Shown: one piece after another, positions 1 to 32,860 of the stretch
Numbering within the stretch: the first letter of the stretch is position 1
Layout of the letters: every line of letters begins with the position of its first letter
Source: Macrostomum lignano
Taxonomy: Eukaryota
Length of the DNA: 64,000 nt
Assembly (NCBI GenBank): GCA_002269645.1
Contig: NIVC01001413.1
Location: forward strand, 62,001-126,000
Direction of reading: 5' to 3'
Program-made: the position numbers and the translations under genes
Notes under the pieces: generated by a model
The model's database searches: none
What the model was told of the DNA's origin: nothing
The model's input: only the letters and a program-made list of their open reading frames with translations

Positions 1-1034
1 TCGCTACCCCCACTCGCTACCTCAACTGTCACTCGCTACCTCAACTGTCACTCGCTACCTCAAGTGTCACTCGCTACCCCAACTGTCACTCGCTACCTCA
101 AGTGTCACTCGCTACCTCAAGTGTCACTCGCTACCTCAAGTGTCACTCGCTGCCTCAATTGTCACTCGCTACCTCAACTGTCTCTCGCTACCTCAATTGT
201 CACTCGCTACCTCAACTGTCACTCGCTACCTCAACTGTCACTCGCTACCTCAACTGTCACTCGCTACCCCCACTCGCTACCTCAACTGTCACTCGCTACC
301 TCAAGTGTCACTCGCTACCTCAAGTGTCACTCGATCGCTACCTCAACTGTCACTCGCTACCTCAATTATCACTCGCTGCCTCAAGTGTCACTCGCTACCT
401 CAACTGTCACTCGCTACCTCAATTATCACTCGCTGCCTCAAGTTTCACTCGCTACCTCAACTGTCACTCGCTACCTCAAGTGTCACTCGCTACCTCAATT
501 GTCACTGGCTACCTCAACTGTCACTCGCTACCTCAACTGTCACTCGCTACCTCAATTGTCACTCGCTACCTCAACTGTCTCTCGCTACCTCAACTGTCAC
601 TCGCTACCTCAACTGTCACTCGCTACCTCAACTGTCACTCGCTACCTCAATTGTCACTCGCTACCTCAACTGTCTCTCGCTACCTCAACTGTCACTCGCT
701 ACCTCAACTGTCACTCGCTACCTCAACTGTCACTCGCTACCTCAATTATCACTCGCTGCCTCAACTGTCACTCGCCACCTCAACTGTCACTCGCTACCTC
801 AACTGTCACTCGCTACCTCAACTGTCACTCGCTACCTCAAGTGTCACTCGCTACCCCAACTGTCACTCGCTACCTCAAGTGTCACTCGCTACCTCAAGTG
901 TCACTCGATCGCTACCTCAACTGTCACTCGCTACCTCAATTGTCACTCACTACCTCAACTGTCACTCGCTACCTCAACTGTCACTCGCTACCTCAAGTGT
1001 CACTCGCTACCCCAACTGTCATTCGCTACCTCAA
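1..1034. repeat. 19-bp minisatellite (TCACTCGCTACCTCAACTG)n
   Basis: Period 19 read directly (TCGCTAC at 185 and 204); produces the spurious ORFs 64..1132; runs off the window start. Confidence 0.95.
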
Positions 1035-1140
1035 GGGTCGTGACCAAGGTTCGTAGCGCGAGATTCAGACGCGTCTACCGCTGTCCCACTGCCTTAAAAC
1101 GTTTTCCCATGTTTAAAAAATCTGTCCAATAAGAACCAAC

Positions 1141-4939
<3,799 letters not shown>

Positions 4940-5327
4940 GGCTTGAGCTTAACTATATCGATTTCTAGATGATACTGGTACTTTGCAGGTTTGAAGAATC
5001 CTGATTTTCGCTGCCAGGCCTGATCCGAGATTAAATATATAGACTTCAATTTCAATGCAAATTATACATCTGGGGTTGGTTGCGTTGGTCAACCTGTCAT
5101 CATGAAGAATTATACGGCTTTATTTAATGGCTTGCAGCTTAGATTTACATCAAATTAAGTATAAGTTTCCCTTGATCAAGAATCAGAGATCGTCACGGAT
5201 ATCACGTCAAATACTGTAAAGTGCATGATGGGCATTAATAGTTCCAAATTCGATCTCATTAAATGCTACAGTACTTAACTTACTCTTGCCTACTATAAAT
5301 CAATATTGCTTAGTCTATATCCTTCTA

Positions 5328-6749
5328 TACCTTTTTACGTTCTATTTGATAAAAACTGCAACCAATTTGGCCACGGCTCAGCCTGACCATAGACATAGAA
5401 TTTTCCATAGACAGCCACCGCCAGCGGCAACCAATCTGGTAAAAACTGCGAGCTATTTTGCCAGCTTGAAGATAGCAGCTGCTCTGATGGCGAATCGTGG
5501 GCCGTACCAAAAGATAAGTCAGCTGGATCGAGAGCGAATCGTGAGAGCGTACAGGAGTGGCGACGACTGGGGAGAGCTTGGCAGAATGATGGGGATGAAG
5601 AAACCGACAGTGAGGAACATCGTGACCACGTATGAACGAACTGGTAGAGTTGGCACTCTGCCAAAAGGAGGAGTGAAGAGGATGGCGCTGACGGAGGCTA
5701 TGGTGGACACCATTGTTCAATTCGTCGAAGGTCAACCTACTGCGACGCTGCAACAAATGAGAGAGCACCTGCTGCACCAACACAATGACGTTGCCAACGT
5801 GAGTCTGACCACTATCAGTCGTGCTCTGGATGGTCGCCTCATCACCCTGAAGTTACTGCGCCAGGTACCTGTGAACTGGAACATGCCTGTTACAAAGGAG
5901 GCGCGAAGGATGCACGTTGAATGGATGCTGGACGAGGGAAGCCAGGTGAACACCATCTTCATGGACGAGTTTGGGGTGAACATCTGGACGGCGAGGACTC
6001 AAGGCCGCTCAGCGAAGGGGTTCCCAGCTGTGACTGTCGTCAGCGGACAGCGTGGGCAGAATCTCACCATCTGCCTGGCCATCTCGCAACTCGGCCTGAT
6101 TCACAGCACTCTCGTCGAAGGAGGCTTTAAGAACGAGCACTTCATGGAATTCCTCTCTGAGATCGATGTTCTGATGGAAGAGGAGTTTGTGCTACTGTCC
6201 GATGGGGCTCGCACTCACCTAGGTGTCCCTGGGATGTCTGAAGGTCATGCTCACCGATTCCTGCCTCCATACTCGCCGTTCATCAACCCGGCGGAGTACG
6301 CAGGCTCAGCGCTGAAGGCCAAGCTGAAAACGCAATTGCAATCACCTGCCATTCAGCTCGAGGTGGCAGATACTGGACTGGCTGCTGCAGCAGGTGCGAC
6401 ACTGCATCAGCACAGGATGCGCATTCTGAAGAGAGAAGTGCAGCAAGCACTGAACTGCATCACGCCTCTCAAGTGCCTGCGCTGGATCAACCATTCCCAG
6501 ACGTACTTCAATCGGTGCTTGAATGCTGAGGACATAATGTTCTGACTTCGTGCATGTATTGTTAACATTCTTTATCGTTATTGTTATGCTATTGAGCTGC
6601 TATCTTCAAGCTGGCAAAATAGCTCGCAGTTTTTACCAAATTGGTTGCCGCTATAGCGGTGGCTGTCTATGGAAAATTCTATGTCTATGGTCAGGCTGAG
6701 CCGTGGCCAAATTGGTTGCAGTTTTTATCAAATAGAACGTAAAAAGGAA
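5328..6749 (+). mobile_element. IS630-Tc1-mariner DNA transposon, apparently intact
   Basis: About 153-bp TIRs (5328-5480 / 6595-6749) with few mismatches, TA dinucleotide on both sides (5326-5327, 6750-6751), uninterrupted transposase ORF between them. Confidence 0.93.
5487..6545 (+). CDS. DDE transposase (IS630/Tc1-like, 352 aa), DD30E spacing
   Basis: N-terminal HTH (GPYQKISQLDRERIV..TVRNIV), FMDE, LSDGARTH and FLPPYSPFINPAE motifs; ATG 5487 lies just inside the left TIR. Confidence 0.9.
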   Translation: MANRGPYQKISQLDRERIVRAYRSGDDWGELGRMMGMKKPTVRNIVTTYERTGRVGTLPKGGVKRMALTEAMVDTIVQFVEGQPTATLQQMREHLLHQHNDVANVSLTTISRALDGRLITLKLLRQVPVNWNMPVTKEARRMHVEWMLDEGSQVNTIFMDEFGVNIWTARTQGRSAKGFPAVTVVSGQRGQNLTICLAISQLGLIHSTLVEGGFKNEHFMEFLSEIDVLMEEEFVLLSDGARTHLGVPGMSEGHAHRFLPPYSPFINPAEYAGSALKAKLKTQLQSPAIQLEVADTGLAAAAGATLHQHRMRILKREVQQALNCITPLKCLRWINHSQTYFNRCLNAEDIMF

Positions 6750-6989
6750 TATTATTAATCTGGTAATAGGAACACCATAAGCATACGTGCGCTTCCAAAG
6801 TTCCAATCAACAGTCTATATGGCTGTCAAAGCTCGTATGCACAGTAAATTATGTTTGGAAAAGCAAAATCATTTTTCACCCCCAGACTGATTTGATCGAA
6901 GACTCATTCGATGTGTCTGTGAAATTAAGCTTGTCAGTCAAGATGCAGTGTAGTAGACTAGAATAGTAGAGATGTCTATTACACATGCG

Positions 6990-7950
6990 CCGCACTTATT
7001 TTAGCACCGCAGCTAGAACTCATTTTGGCGCCAGACACTCATTTTGGCGCCACAGACACTTTTTCTGGCCGCAAACACTCATTTTGGCGCCGTACTCATT
7101 TTAGCGCCACAGACACTCATTTTAGCGCCACAGACACTCATTTTAGCGCCGCAGACAGACACTCATTTTGGCGCCACAGACACTTTTTCTGGCCGCAAAC
7201 ACTCATTTTGGCGCCGTACTCATTTTAGCGCCACAGACACTCATTTTAGCGCCGCAGACAAACACTCATTTTGGCGCCGCAGTCATTTTGGCGCCGCAGT
7301 CATTTTGGCGCCGCAGTCATTTTGGCGCCGCAGACAGACACTCATTTTGGCGCCGCAGACAGACACACATTTTGGCGCCGCAGACAGACACTCATTTTGG
7401 CGCCGCAGTCATTATAGCGCCGCAGACAGACACTCATTTTGGCGCCGCAGACAGACACTCATTTTGGCGCCGCAGTCATTTTGGCGCCGCAGACAGACAC
7501 ACATTTTGGCGCCGCAGTCATTTTGGCGCCGCAGTCATTTTGGCACCGCAGACAGACACTCATTTTGGCGCCGCAGACAGACACTCATTTTGGCGCCGCA
7601 GTCATTTTGGCGCCGCAGACAGACGCACATTTTGGCGCCGCAGACAGACACTCATTTTGGCGCCGCAGTCATTATAGCGCCGCAGACAGACACTCATTTT
7701 GGCGCCGCAGACAGACACTCATTTTGGCGCCGCAGTCATTTTAGCGCCGCAGACAGACACTCATTTTGGCGCCACATATATACTCATTATGGCGCCGAGA
7801 GCGCTATATATTTTGGGGCCCTGAAGCATAAATTATTGATTTCCATAACGAGTCACAAGGGTAGGGTGAGGGGACAAAGCATTTGCATGTCCCCCCATAG
7901 CTTTTACTGGGATAGGACACCCCCATGTCCCCCTAGTGGCTTTGCCACTG
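6990..7950. mobile_element. hAT-type MITE copy with a greatly expanded internal minisatellite (CATTTTGGCGCCGCAG variants)
   Basis: Array 7020-7790, then body sequence (GGGGACAAAGCATTTGCATGTCCCCCCATAGCTTTTACTGG) shared with 29479-29776, ending GTGGCTTTGCCACTG at 7950; the other end was not found. Confidence 0.7.
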
Positions 7951-8920
7951 ATAGTGCAGCTATACAGACAAAGTGGTACTTGAATTAGTCGTGCCAAATG
8001 TATAATCAGAACACATAATCCATCGATCACGTCGCCTGACTGCCAAATGTGGTATTTTTACATCCACCAACGTTCAGCCTTCCCCAACTGACTCGCTGTA
8101 CATTGCATGGGGTCTTCATTTGCTACTGATTTTCTGGATGCATACATGATCGATCATGCACCACACGTTTTGTAGAGTTCGTATTACATATAGCCAAGGA
8201 CCAATCGACTACGTGGTCCTTGCATATAGCTTTATATAATTACAGTGTATTACGCATAACATAGTCACCAAGAAGATTTAAATCAGTTAAAGCAATAAGT
8301 TCTGAAGATTTCTGTTTTTAAACTAATATTTAATAAAATATTAAAATATAGGATTCCACAATTTCGGTAAATTTCGGTAAAGATCGAGCTTACCAATTCG
8401 GAAAGTAATTGGCTGATTTGCTATAATTTCTAGTCGGATGGTTGCAACTGAATAACAATAACAAAATGAAAGCGTAGTGAGCTAAGTGTCATGAATGTGT
8501 GAATGAAGCTTATATTATTTTTCGCGTTAATCGGCGGAATTTCATTGGCTGACTGGCACACAGTGATGCAAAAATCGGCACTTATTAAAAAAGTGTCATT
8601 TTATAATTTTAAAAAAAATTACAGAGATCAACTAAATTCTCTGTACTTAGATAAAAAGTCTAACTACAGCATTTTTTACATAAAAGTTTTGTTATGTAAT
8701 GCAGTGATAGCTAACGTAGTTCTTTAAAATTACAAACTGATATTTTCTATAAAACGGAGAAGTTTTCCAAGTTGAGGACTTGAGGCCAAGCGTAGCCTAG
8801 CCTACTAGTTCGATTGGCAAAAAAGTGTTTTTCCTAAGCTGGAAAAATCTGTGAATTGAATTTATATAATTAACACGTTCATCAACTTATAACGCTGATT
8901 TTTTAATTATCAAAACTACA

Positions 8921-25368
<16,448 letters not shown>

Positions 25369-25539
25369 TTAATAACTTTAATTTATGATTCTTTACGCTA
25401 CTATAGTGCATGCAGACATTGCTGAATAGTTCTATTGTCTGTTGTGTTTATAAGTTTTTTTGCTTGAAGTTATTTAATTAGTTTCTATTCATATTGTGTC
25501 TTATTATTATAAACTTGGTTCGTAAAATTTTGCTCTTGG

Positions 25540-26105
25540 GCCACTGCCAGCCTCCCAGAGTGTCAGTTGCTTGGCCAGCCTCCCAGATCCTCAGCCGCTT
25601 GGCCAGCCTCCCAGATCCTCAGTTGCTGGGCCAGCCTCCCAGATTGTCAGCTGCTTGGCCAGCCTCCCAGACCCTCAGTTGCTGGGCCGGCCTCCCAGAT
25701 CCTCAGTTGCTGGGCCGGCCTCCCAGATTGTCAGCTGCTGGGCCAGCCTCCCAGATTGTCAGCTGCTGGGCCAGCCTCCCAGAGTGTCAGTTGCTGGGCC
25801 AGCCTCCCAGATCCTCAGTTGCTGGGCCAGCCTCCCAGATCCTCAGTTGCTGGGCCAGCCTCCCAGATCCTCAGCTGCTTGGCTAGCCTCCCAGATCCTC
25901 AGTTGCTTGACCAGCCTCCCAGATCCTCAGTTGCTGGGCCAGCCTCCCAGATTGTCAGTTGCTGGGCCAGCCTCCCAGATTGTCAGCTGCTTGACCAGCC
26001 TCCCAGTGTCAGTTGCTGGGACAGCCTCCCAGAGTGTCAGTTGCTGGGCCAGCCTCCCAGAGTGTCAATTGCTTGGCTATCCTCCCAGATCCTCAGTATC
26101 TGAGC
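25540..26105. repeat. 28-bp minisatellite (CTGGGCCAGCCTCCCAGATCCTCAGTTG)n downstream of Rab6
   Basis: Period 28 read directly (25801, 25829). Confidence 0.92.
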
Positions 26106-26332
26106 CAGCCAATTTTTTAGTTTTCTTGTGGTGTCTTTATTCAGGTACATTTTGTAACCTCAATCTGAATGCAAATCGCACAGGCTAACATCGAAAATTT
26201 TGCAAACGAAACTAGAATTTAGACTTAAAGACTTCGCAATAATTAGCGCTGCTTTTTGAAAATCCCAGTTATCAATGATATTAGAAGAAATTTGATTGAC
26301 TCAATGCACTTTAATGTTGTTCACAAAATGCA

Positions 26333-26766
26333 CACAGATACTAAAAGAACTAAATGGGCCACTCAGGCAAATATACTTAGTAAAGCGGCTTTCTACTTTC
26401 AGTTCAGTAGCAAACAAGAACACATAAGCTATTTTATAAAAGTAAAGGCAGCTTAAATGCTTATTAAGTTTAGAAGCTAAGTGCAGGCGTAAACAACTTG
26501 CTAATTGGTTCAGCAATGATGTACATTAGCCAGTCCACTGAAATGTACATGGCAGCTTTAGGCTGGAATTCCGAGATGGCAATAAAAATTGGGGCGGAGG
26601 TTGTGCGTGGAAAGGCGGGGTTGGAGGGTTTAAGCTGGGGGTAAGAGCCAGTAAATGAGCCTTGTTTTTAAAAATGCATTAAAATGCTTCTGTTTAACTT
26701 ACTACTGAATTGAAAGTAGCTTACACGCAAATCGGCTGAGTGGCTCATCTAGTTATTCTATCTGTG
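26333..26766. mobile_element. CACAG-ended MITE family, copy 1
   Basis: About 33-bp TIR CACAGATACTA..CTAGATGRGCCACTCAG; body shared with 52322, 56496 and 62900. Confidence 0.85.
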
Positions 26767-27404
26767 ACAAAATGTTTGAAATTTCATGCGCTGAAAATTT
26801 TCTGTAATTTTATGGTTTTTAAAACCAATCTACTCGTAATCTTTCGCTGCTTTCAAGCTAATTTTAACCGATGATCTCTGCTCTCGATTTGCTTCCTATT
26901 ACTCGTAAATCTCTGTTCGCACACATTTTAGTTAAGCTTCCGCAAACCAATTTCCTAGTTTCTTACATTTTATCACAATCCTTTTTTGTTTGTTTTTATC
27001 TCGGAATGCTTGGCTTATTAACAGACTACTTATTTAGTAGGCATGCTGCGGACATGTGTATCATTTTTTATTTGGGCGTGCTTTTACTGATAAGGAATCA
27101 ACCCGCTTGCAAAAGTTTTTTTATATTCAGCTATTTTGCTATGTAGCCTTAATATTCTGTTTTCATATTTCAATTTATCTTCTCGCTGATAAATTGCAAT
27201 TTTAAGTAGCTTTTCTCATTTGAACAAATTATACGAAAATGATTAATTCTTTCTTAAATTCGACGTATCTTATTCGATGTACTGCCTTTATATATGGCCA
27301 CACAATCAAAAACAGCATTTGGTCAGAATTCCATTGTTAGATCTTAATTCCTTAAATATGAAGAGCAACAGTTTGATGCAATTTTAACAAAAAATAATAA
27401 TTGA

Positions 27405-27660
27405 TTACACATCCATTGGCCAGATGTGCAACCGACAGCTCAGCCGCAGCTATTGCGCAGCGCATCTGAAGGCTGCGTACGGCTGTTCAGTCCAAGGACT
27501 GGGGGGTCGTCACAAACACCCTGAATAATTACCCCGGCTAATGCTGGCACCCATTTTGCAGCTGGGTGAACTGAAGCAATGTAGACATTGCAGAGTTAAG
27601 TGTCTTGCTCAATGACACAAATTGTTCCGAGTGGGATCGGGAATCGAACCCCCGACCTAG
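27405..27660 (-). mobile_element. tRNA-derived SINE with a CORE-like domain (5' truncated)
   Basis: Minus strand reads GGTTCGATTCC (B box), then TTGTGTCATTGAGCAAGACACTTAAC..GCTTCAGTTCACCCAGCTGCAAAATGGG, resembling the MIR/CORE consensus; head shared with 50461. Confidence 0.7.
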
Positions 27661-28918
27661 AAATATGGAGGCTTTATTGACAAGGTGCTAATTGGTGCAC
27701 TGGGGTGTATTGAATACACAATAAACCGACCTTGCATAACTGTAGAATATGCTGTTATACTGTAGATTGTTGTTTGAGAAATTGTGCAAAAAAATTTAGC
27801 CCGTGTTTAAAGTTTTTAACAGAAACTTTAGTAAATGGGACTATAGTAATCGTAACCCCCTTTGGGGAGGTGGGGATTGCACCGTATAAAGTAATAAATA
27901 CTTTACCTACTAAAAAATAGATTTTGGTTAACTAAAGTCGCTATTGTTGATTTTCTGCGATTTAAGATGCTTAAACCGGAAAGGTAGTTATTGATCCCCG
28001 GGATACGAGCGGATATCAAGCAATTTTTGCCTTAAACAGTTTCAGCTTCCGCCCTGCATGGTAACATCAGCATCTCAGCGACTGCCCCTTGAGACCAATG
28101 AATGCCGATCAGCATACCATATCAGTTCATCATCGGCACCTTAACTCTTTAGCTCGGGATATATTCAACTTTAGCGTGTTAACAGTCAAATAACAAAAGC
28201 CATTTTATTCCACCCATAGATCGAATTTCCATAGAAGATTACTGCAGCTTCACGAGTGCGTGACGTAGCCTCGTGTTAGATATCGGGGTATTATGTTAGT
28301 ACGTACGTAATACTGTTATCATCTGCGTCAGCAGTGTACTAGCTTATTACATAACTCGAATTAAGTCTAAGCAGTAATTATTACTGCTCGACGAATTCGA
28401 GACCGTTAGGTACATGTACTTGCAAACACATACCCAGACAGGTATATCACATGTAGCTGAGAACAGAACCATCGATTTAACCTAAGGCTCGCATTAGTCA
28501 CCAAGTTTTATAAATACACTACGAGCGTATCGAGTCCCAGCGTGCTACTGCAACTGTAACACGTGAGCCTTTGAAAACTGTCTTCTAAAGGCATGCAGCT
28601 CGACCGTGTGTGTTGTATTAATACATGTATAAATAGGGCGACATTTTTAACTTAAAATGTCAGCATGGATCGGAGCTGATAACGCAGTGAAAATGACGCA
28701 TTTCTGATACATTGGCCAGAGCTGAATATATGCATATTAACTACACGTAGCAACCAGCTATAGTCATTGGCTTGCAAACCGAACTCTATTAAAAGGTTAG
28801 GTTATAAGGTTATAAGAGAAAGGCTTTCTATACGTAGATAAAAACTTGCATTTAAGAAACTCGACTCGTGCCACTTTCTGCTGCCGATAGTTGCTGTAAT
28901 AGTCACAAACCTGCGATC

Positions 28919-31900
28919 ATGAAGCGCCTCTGCAGTTTACTGCTGCTCTGCTCTCTGGTTGCTCTGGTTGCAGCGAGGGCGGCGGCACCTCCGCCAACGC
29001 ATCGTCCTCTGTGCGAGCCCGGAGTGACGCCGCCGCCAAACCGGTTCAACTCGACCGAACGGTTGCGGATGTTGCGCAATCGCATGGCGCAAGAGACTGC
29101 TCCAGGCATCGATTGGTACCTGGTCACCGGACTCAATAGAATGCTATCGGCGCCTCAGCCAAGCGAACAGTACCGGTCATGGCTAAGCGGATTCACGGGA
29201 TCTAGTGGTAATCCTTATTTCAAAATGACTTGTTATTGTATAGATTGATTGATACTCTGATCACTGACAGGGCTATTGTTCTTTTAGCTGACATTCCATG
29301 AGAACTTTTTTTAACATCGACACATGTTAAAAATTCTGTTAATCTCAGTCACTTGGAAGAAATGAACGAGTATATACTGCACGCAAATGGGAGTGTTAGC
29401 CGACAACACGTTTATTATCAACAAAACTATTTTCCGACAACACGAGCAGAACGTTCAATCCAAAGTGAGAAGCGTCACCAGGCGCGTCGCCACTGGGAGG
29501 ACAGGAGGGACATGTCCCCCCCCCCAGTAAAAGCTATGGGGGGACATGCCAATGCTTTGTCTCCCCTCCCACCTTGTGACCCATTGTGGTAATAAATAAT
29601 TTTTCTTCAGTGTGCCAAAATATAGCGCCTTCGGTGCCAAAATGAGTGCCTGCGACGCTAAAGTAAGCGCTGACAGCACGATTATCAAAACAATTGGAAA
29701 TGTAGGACCTTCGTCATGTACATGTTGAATTCTTGGTTTTGTCCCCCTCACCATAAAATCCATGGCGACGCCTCTGACCGTTACAGAGCCTGTCTCTTGT
29801 CCTGGGTGCGAACCAGGGACTTCTTAAGCTAGCATCTTAAGCTAGACACGCAAGGCCTTACCTTGCGTGCCCGGTGCTGCTAGCTTGGTGCGAAGGTATT
29901 GGCGGAGCCGCTAGTGTCAGCCAGCAGACATGTTTGACGAAGTGCAAAAAAGCCTAAAAAGCATCTTACACATACGGAGCATACATGCGTAGGAATAAAA
30001 CAATACCCACACATCCATCCGACGTTTAGAGTATTAGTACAAGATCATTTTTAGTATAGTAGAAGATTTAGTATATTTAGATTGGTTAAGACGACAAAAA
30101 GTAGGTAAAAAAAAAATTTAGGCATAAGATTTTTCACGTCACCAATTTTTCATTGACTATCGACGTAGTCGGACACGTCTGTAACGTTGGCATAACTCGT
30201 AGTAATAAATCAGTTTTTTCAATTTTATTTCAGGCCAGATACTGGTCAGTCAAACCGAAGCCTATCTATTCACGGACACTCGCTACACCGTGCAAGCCGA
30301 TCAAGAGTTGGACTGCGATTGGAAATTCTTCGATTCATTGTCAACAGATCGATGGGTGAACGCCTACAACGGCACCAGTGTTTCGCTAGCCGTCGATGCA
30401 AGAGAGATTCGAGCCAGAGATTACGAGAATCTGTTGAATAATGCCTCTGTTAAGCTGGTACCGCTGCAGAAAAATCTTGTCGATGAAATCTGGGTGGAGA
30501 ATCGTCCTGAGCCCATCAAGCAGGACATTTATCCGCTGGCAATGACTTATACTGGAAAGACCTGGCAGGCCAAGGTCGCTCAGATGCGCTCTGAGGCCCT
30601 GGGAATCGGATCAGACAAAGCCGACTTCCTGGTTGTGACAGGCCTGGACGAAACTGCCTACCTGTTGAATCTGAGAGCCACTGTGGTGGCAAATTTCCCC
30701 TACTTCCCAAGCCTCGTGCTGCTTTCCGCTGACAAGGCGCTCGTTTTCGTTGATGAACCGGCCTATTTCTATGGCAACGAGTCACTGCGCAAGCATCTCA
30801 GTCTGAATAGCGACGGAACATGCGAGGCTGGCGCGCAGCTTTGCATCGAACTGAAGCGCATGACGGAGCTGAGCCCGGTAGCCAACCAGCTGCTCACAAA
30901 CACCAGCAGAGTTTGGCTTGACGCCGCCAGCTGCTCCTACGCCGTCCAATCCGCGCTGTCAAAAGCTGCCATAATTTCTAAATCCACTCCAGTCCAGAAA
31001 GCGAAGGCCGTGAAGAATTCGGCAGAACAAGTGGCCTTCAAGGACTGCTCGTTGATGGACTCGGCTGCTCTGGTAGCTTTTCTTAATCAGATGCGGCATC
31101 GCATGGCGAACAATGTGGCAATGACGGAGCTGTCGGCCAGTGCGCTTCTAGCCAACTACCGAGCCAAGATACCGGAGTTCCGCGGCCTCAGCTTCACTAC
31201 TATTGCCGCCTCCGGCCCAAACGCCGCCGTTATCCACTACAGACCGACTGAGAGCACCGATCGGTCCATAACCAAGTCCGAGGCTTTTTTATTGGATTCT
31301 GGCGGCCACTACCTCGGCTGCACTACCGACGTCACCAGGACATTGTACTACGGAGATCAACCGGTTGACGAGGTTCGCGACGCATACACTCGAGTACTCA
31401 TGGGCGTTATCGACTTGTTCAATCTGACGTGGCCCAGCCACCTGACCACGCGTCACGTGGACCCGTTTGCGCGTCACAACCTCTGGTCAGTGCTGAAAGA
31501 CTACGCCCACGGCACCGGACATGGCATCGGGCTGTTCCTAGGGGTGCACGAAGGACCCAACGGAATCGGGCGGGACTATCCGCTTGAGGAGGGCAATTTT
31601 CAGTCAATTGAGCCGGGCTTTTATCAACGCGAGGCGGCCGGAGTTCTTGGCTTCGGAATTCGGCTTGAGACAATTTGCGGAGTCAAACTCACCGGCAAGT
31701 TTCTACGGTTTGAGCCGGTTACCTGGGTGCCGTTCGAGAGGAAGCTGATCAAACAGGAGATGCTGAGCCCGGATCAGCTGCGCTGGCTTAACTGGTACCA
31801 CGGCGAGTGCCGGAAGCGTCTACCAGAAGCGCTGCAGAAAATTGGCGAACAGGCAGCAGTTGAAGAATGGCTGAACGCGGCTACCGAGCCAATTGTTGTC

Positions 31901-31993
31901 GAGGTGAAGTCGGCTCAAGGTGTGTACGCCAACGTCGTGACGACATTCATGCCCGTTCTGGTGGCAGTATTTCTGGTATCTAAATCGGTTTAA
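28919..31993 (+). CDS. XPNPEP2: Xaa-Pro aminopeptidase (aminopeptidase P), signal peptide and GPI-type C-terminus, XPNPEP2-like (682 aa)
   Basis: Exons 28919-29207 and 30234-31993 (phase 1). N-terminal MKRLCSLLLLCSLVALVAARA; SGFTGS; FTDTRY; metal ligands in LLDSGGHY..TTDVTRT, HGTGHGIG, VHEGP, SIEPG, GIRLE; hydrophobic tail. Confidence 0.88.
29479..29776. mobile_element. hAT-type MITE, near-complete short copy, in the XPNPEP intron
   Basis: TIR CAGGCGCGTCGCCA / TGGCGACGCCTCTG; flanks AGCGTCAC and ACCGTTAC match 6/8 (decayed 8-bp TSD); only 1-2 minisatellite units inside. Confidence 0.75.
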
Positions 31994-32860
31994 GAATGAT
32001 TTCAATTAATCTATTTGTATAGACAATTGATTGGACGCGGATTTTTTCTTGAAACATTGATTCGATCTTGCACACGGGGAAGAAAGCAAAATTAATTTTT
32101 TGTAGACTTATCTAAGTAACTTAATATAATAGTAATCAAATAACAAATAAATAACAATTTATCACAGGTACTCAAATTTACTAAGCGGTTAATATTGAAC
32201 CCAATGGATTTTTTAATCAGATATTATACACGTCTGTCACAAGTTGACTCACCATATTTAACTATTACCTAAATAATTGCCAACTAAATATAAAACATCA
32301 GCAAACGCTATAGCTCGTATATGCACGTTGTCGTTTTTGTGAAGCCGTCGGTTAATTGTTTAAAGCGGATGTGGGTTTAAACTGACTGTACATGTACTTA
32401 TTAGTCATTTTATCTCTTTATTGTAACTCATCACCACACCTTTGGTAATTATGAGCTCAATTGGCAATTTGTTCATGTGAGCATTAAGTAGTATAACGAC
32501 AATCGTCATTGAAATTTTGTTTGCCCCCCTCCCCTCGGATATTCACTGGCTGTACTTGTAACTTAGCCGACGGCGTCTGCAGGATTCTCAAGTAACTAGT
32601 TGAAGATATCAGAGATATTTGCAATAAGATGTCTGTAGTCACAGCTTGTGCCACCTGTTGAAGGTCCAGAATCTCCGCTTGTGAAGGGGCCATGCAGTAA
32701 CCAACGAACTTGATGAAATTTGGAGGCTTGACAAGGTTGCACTGAGGCTTCAGTTTCAAGCATTCAGAAGTTGCAAGGAAGCTAGACTTTTTGTCGACGA
32801 CGCGTGAATTTCGAGTTCAGGATACGTCCCATACATGATCTTTGATTTCGACCAACTGCA

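Noticed and set aside
1035-1092. Possible fifth MFS exon
   Set aside because: An AG at 1094-93 and exon-like composition are present, but the phase-1 frame stops after 20 codons and the other frames also stop; not supportable.
5286-5486. 67-aa N-terminal extension of the transposase in the ORF track
   Set aside because: It starts at TTG outside the element and runs through the TIR; ATG 5487 is the plausible start.
29208-29217. U12-like donor GTAATCCTT in the XPNPEP intron
   Set aside because: The extra A breaks the consensus, and there is no CCTTAAC branch site near the acceptor.
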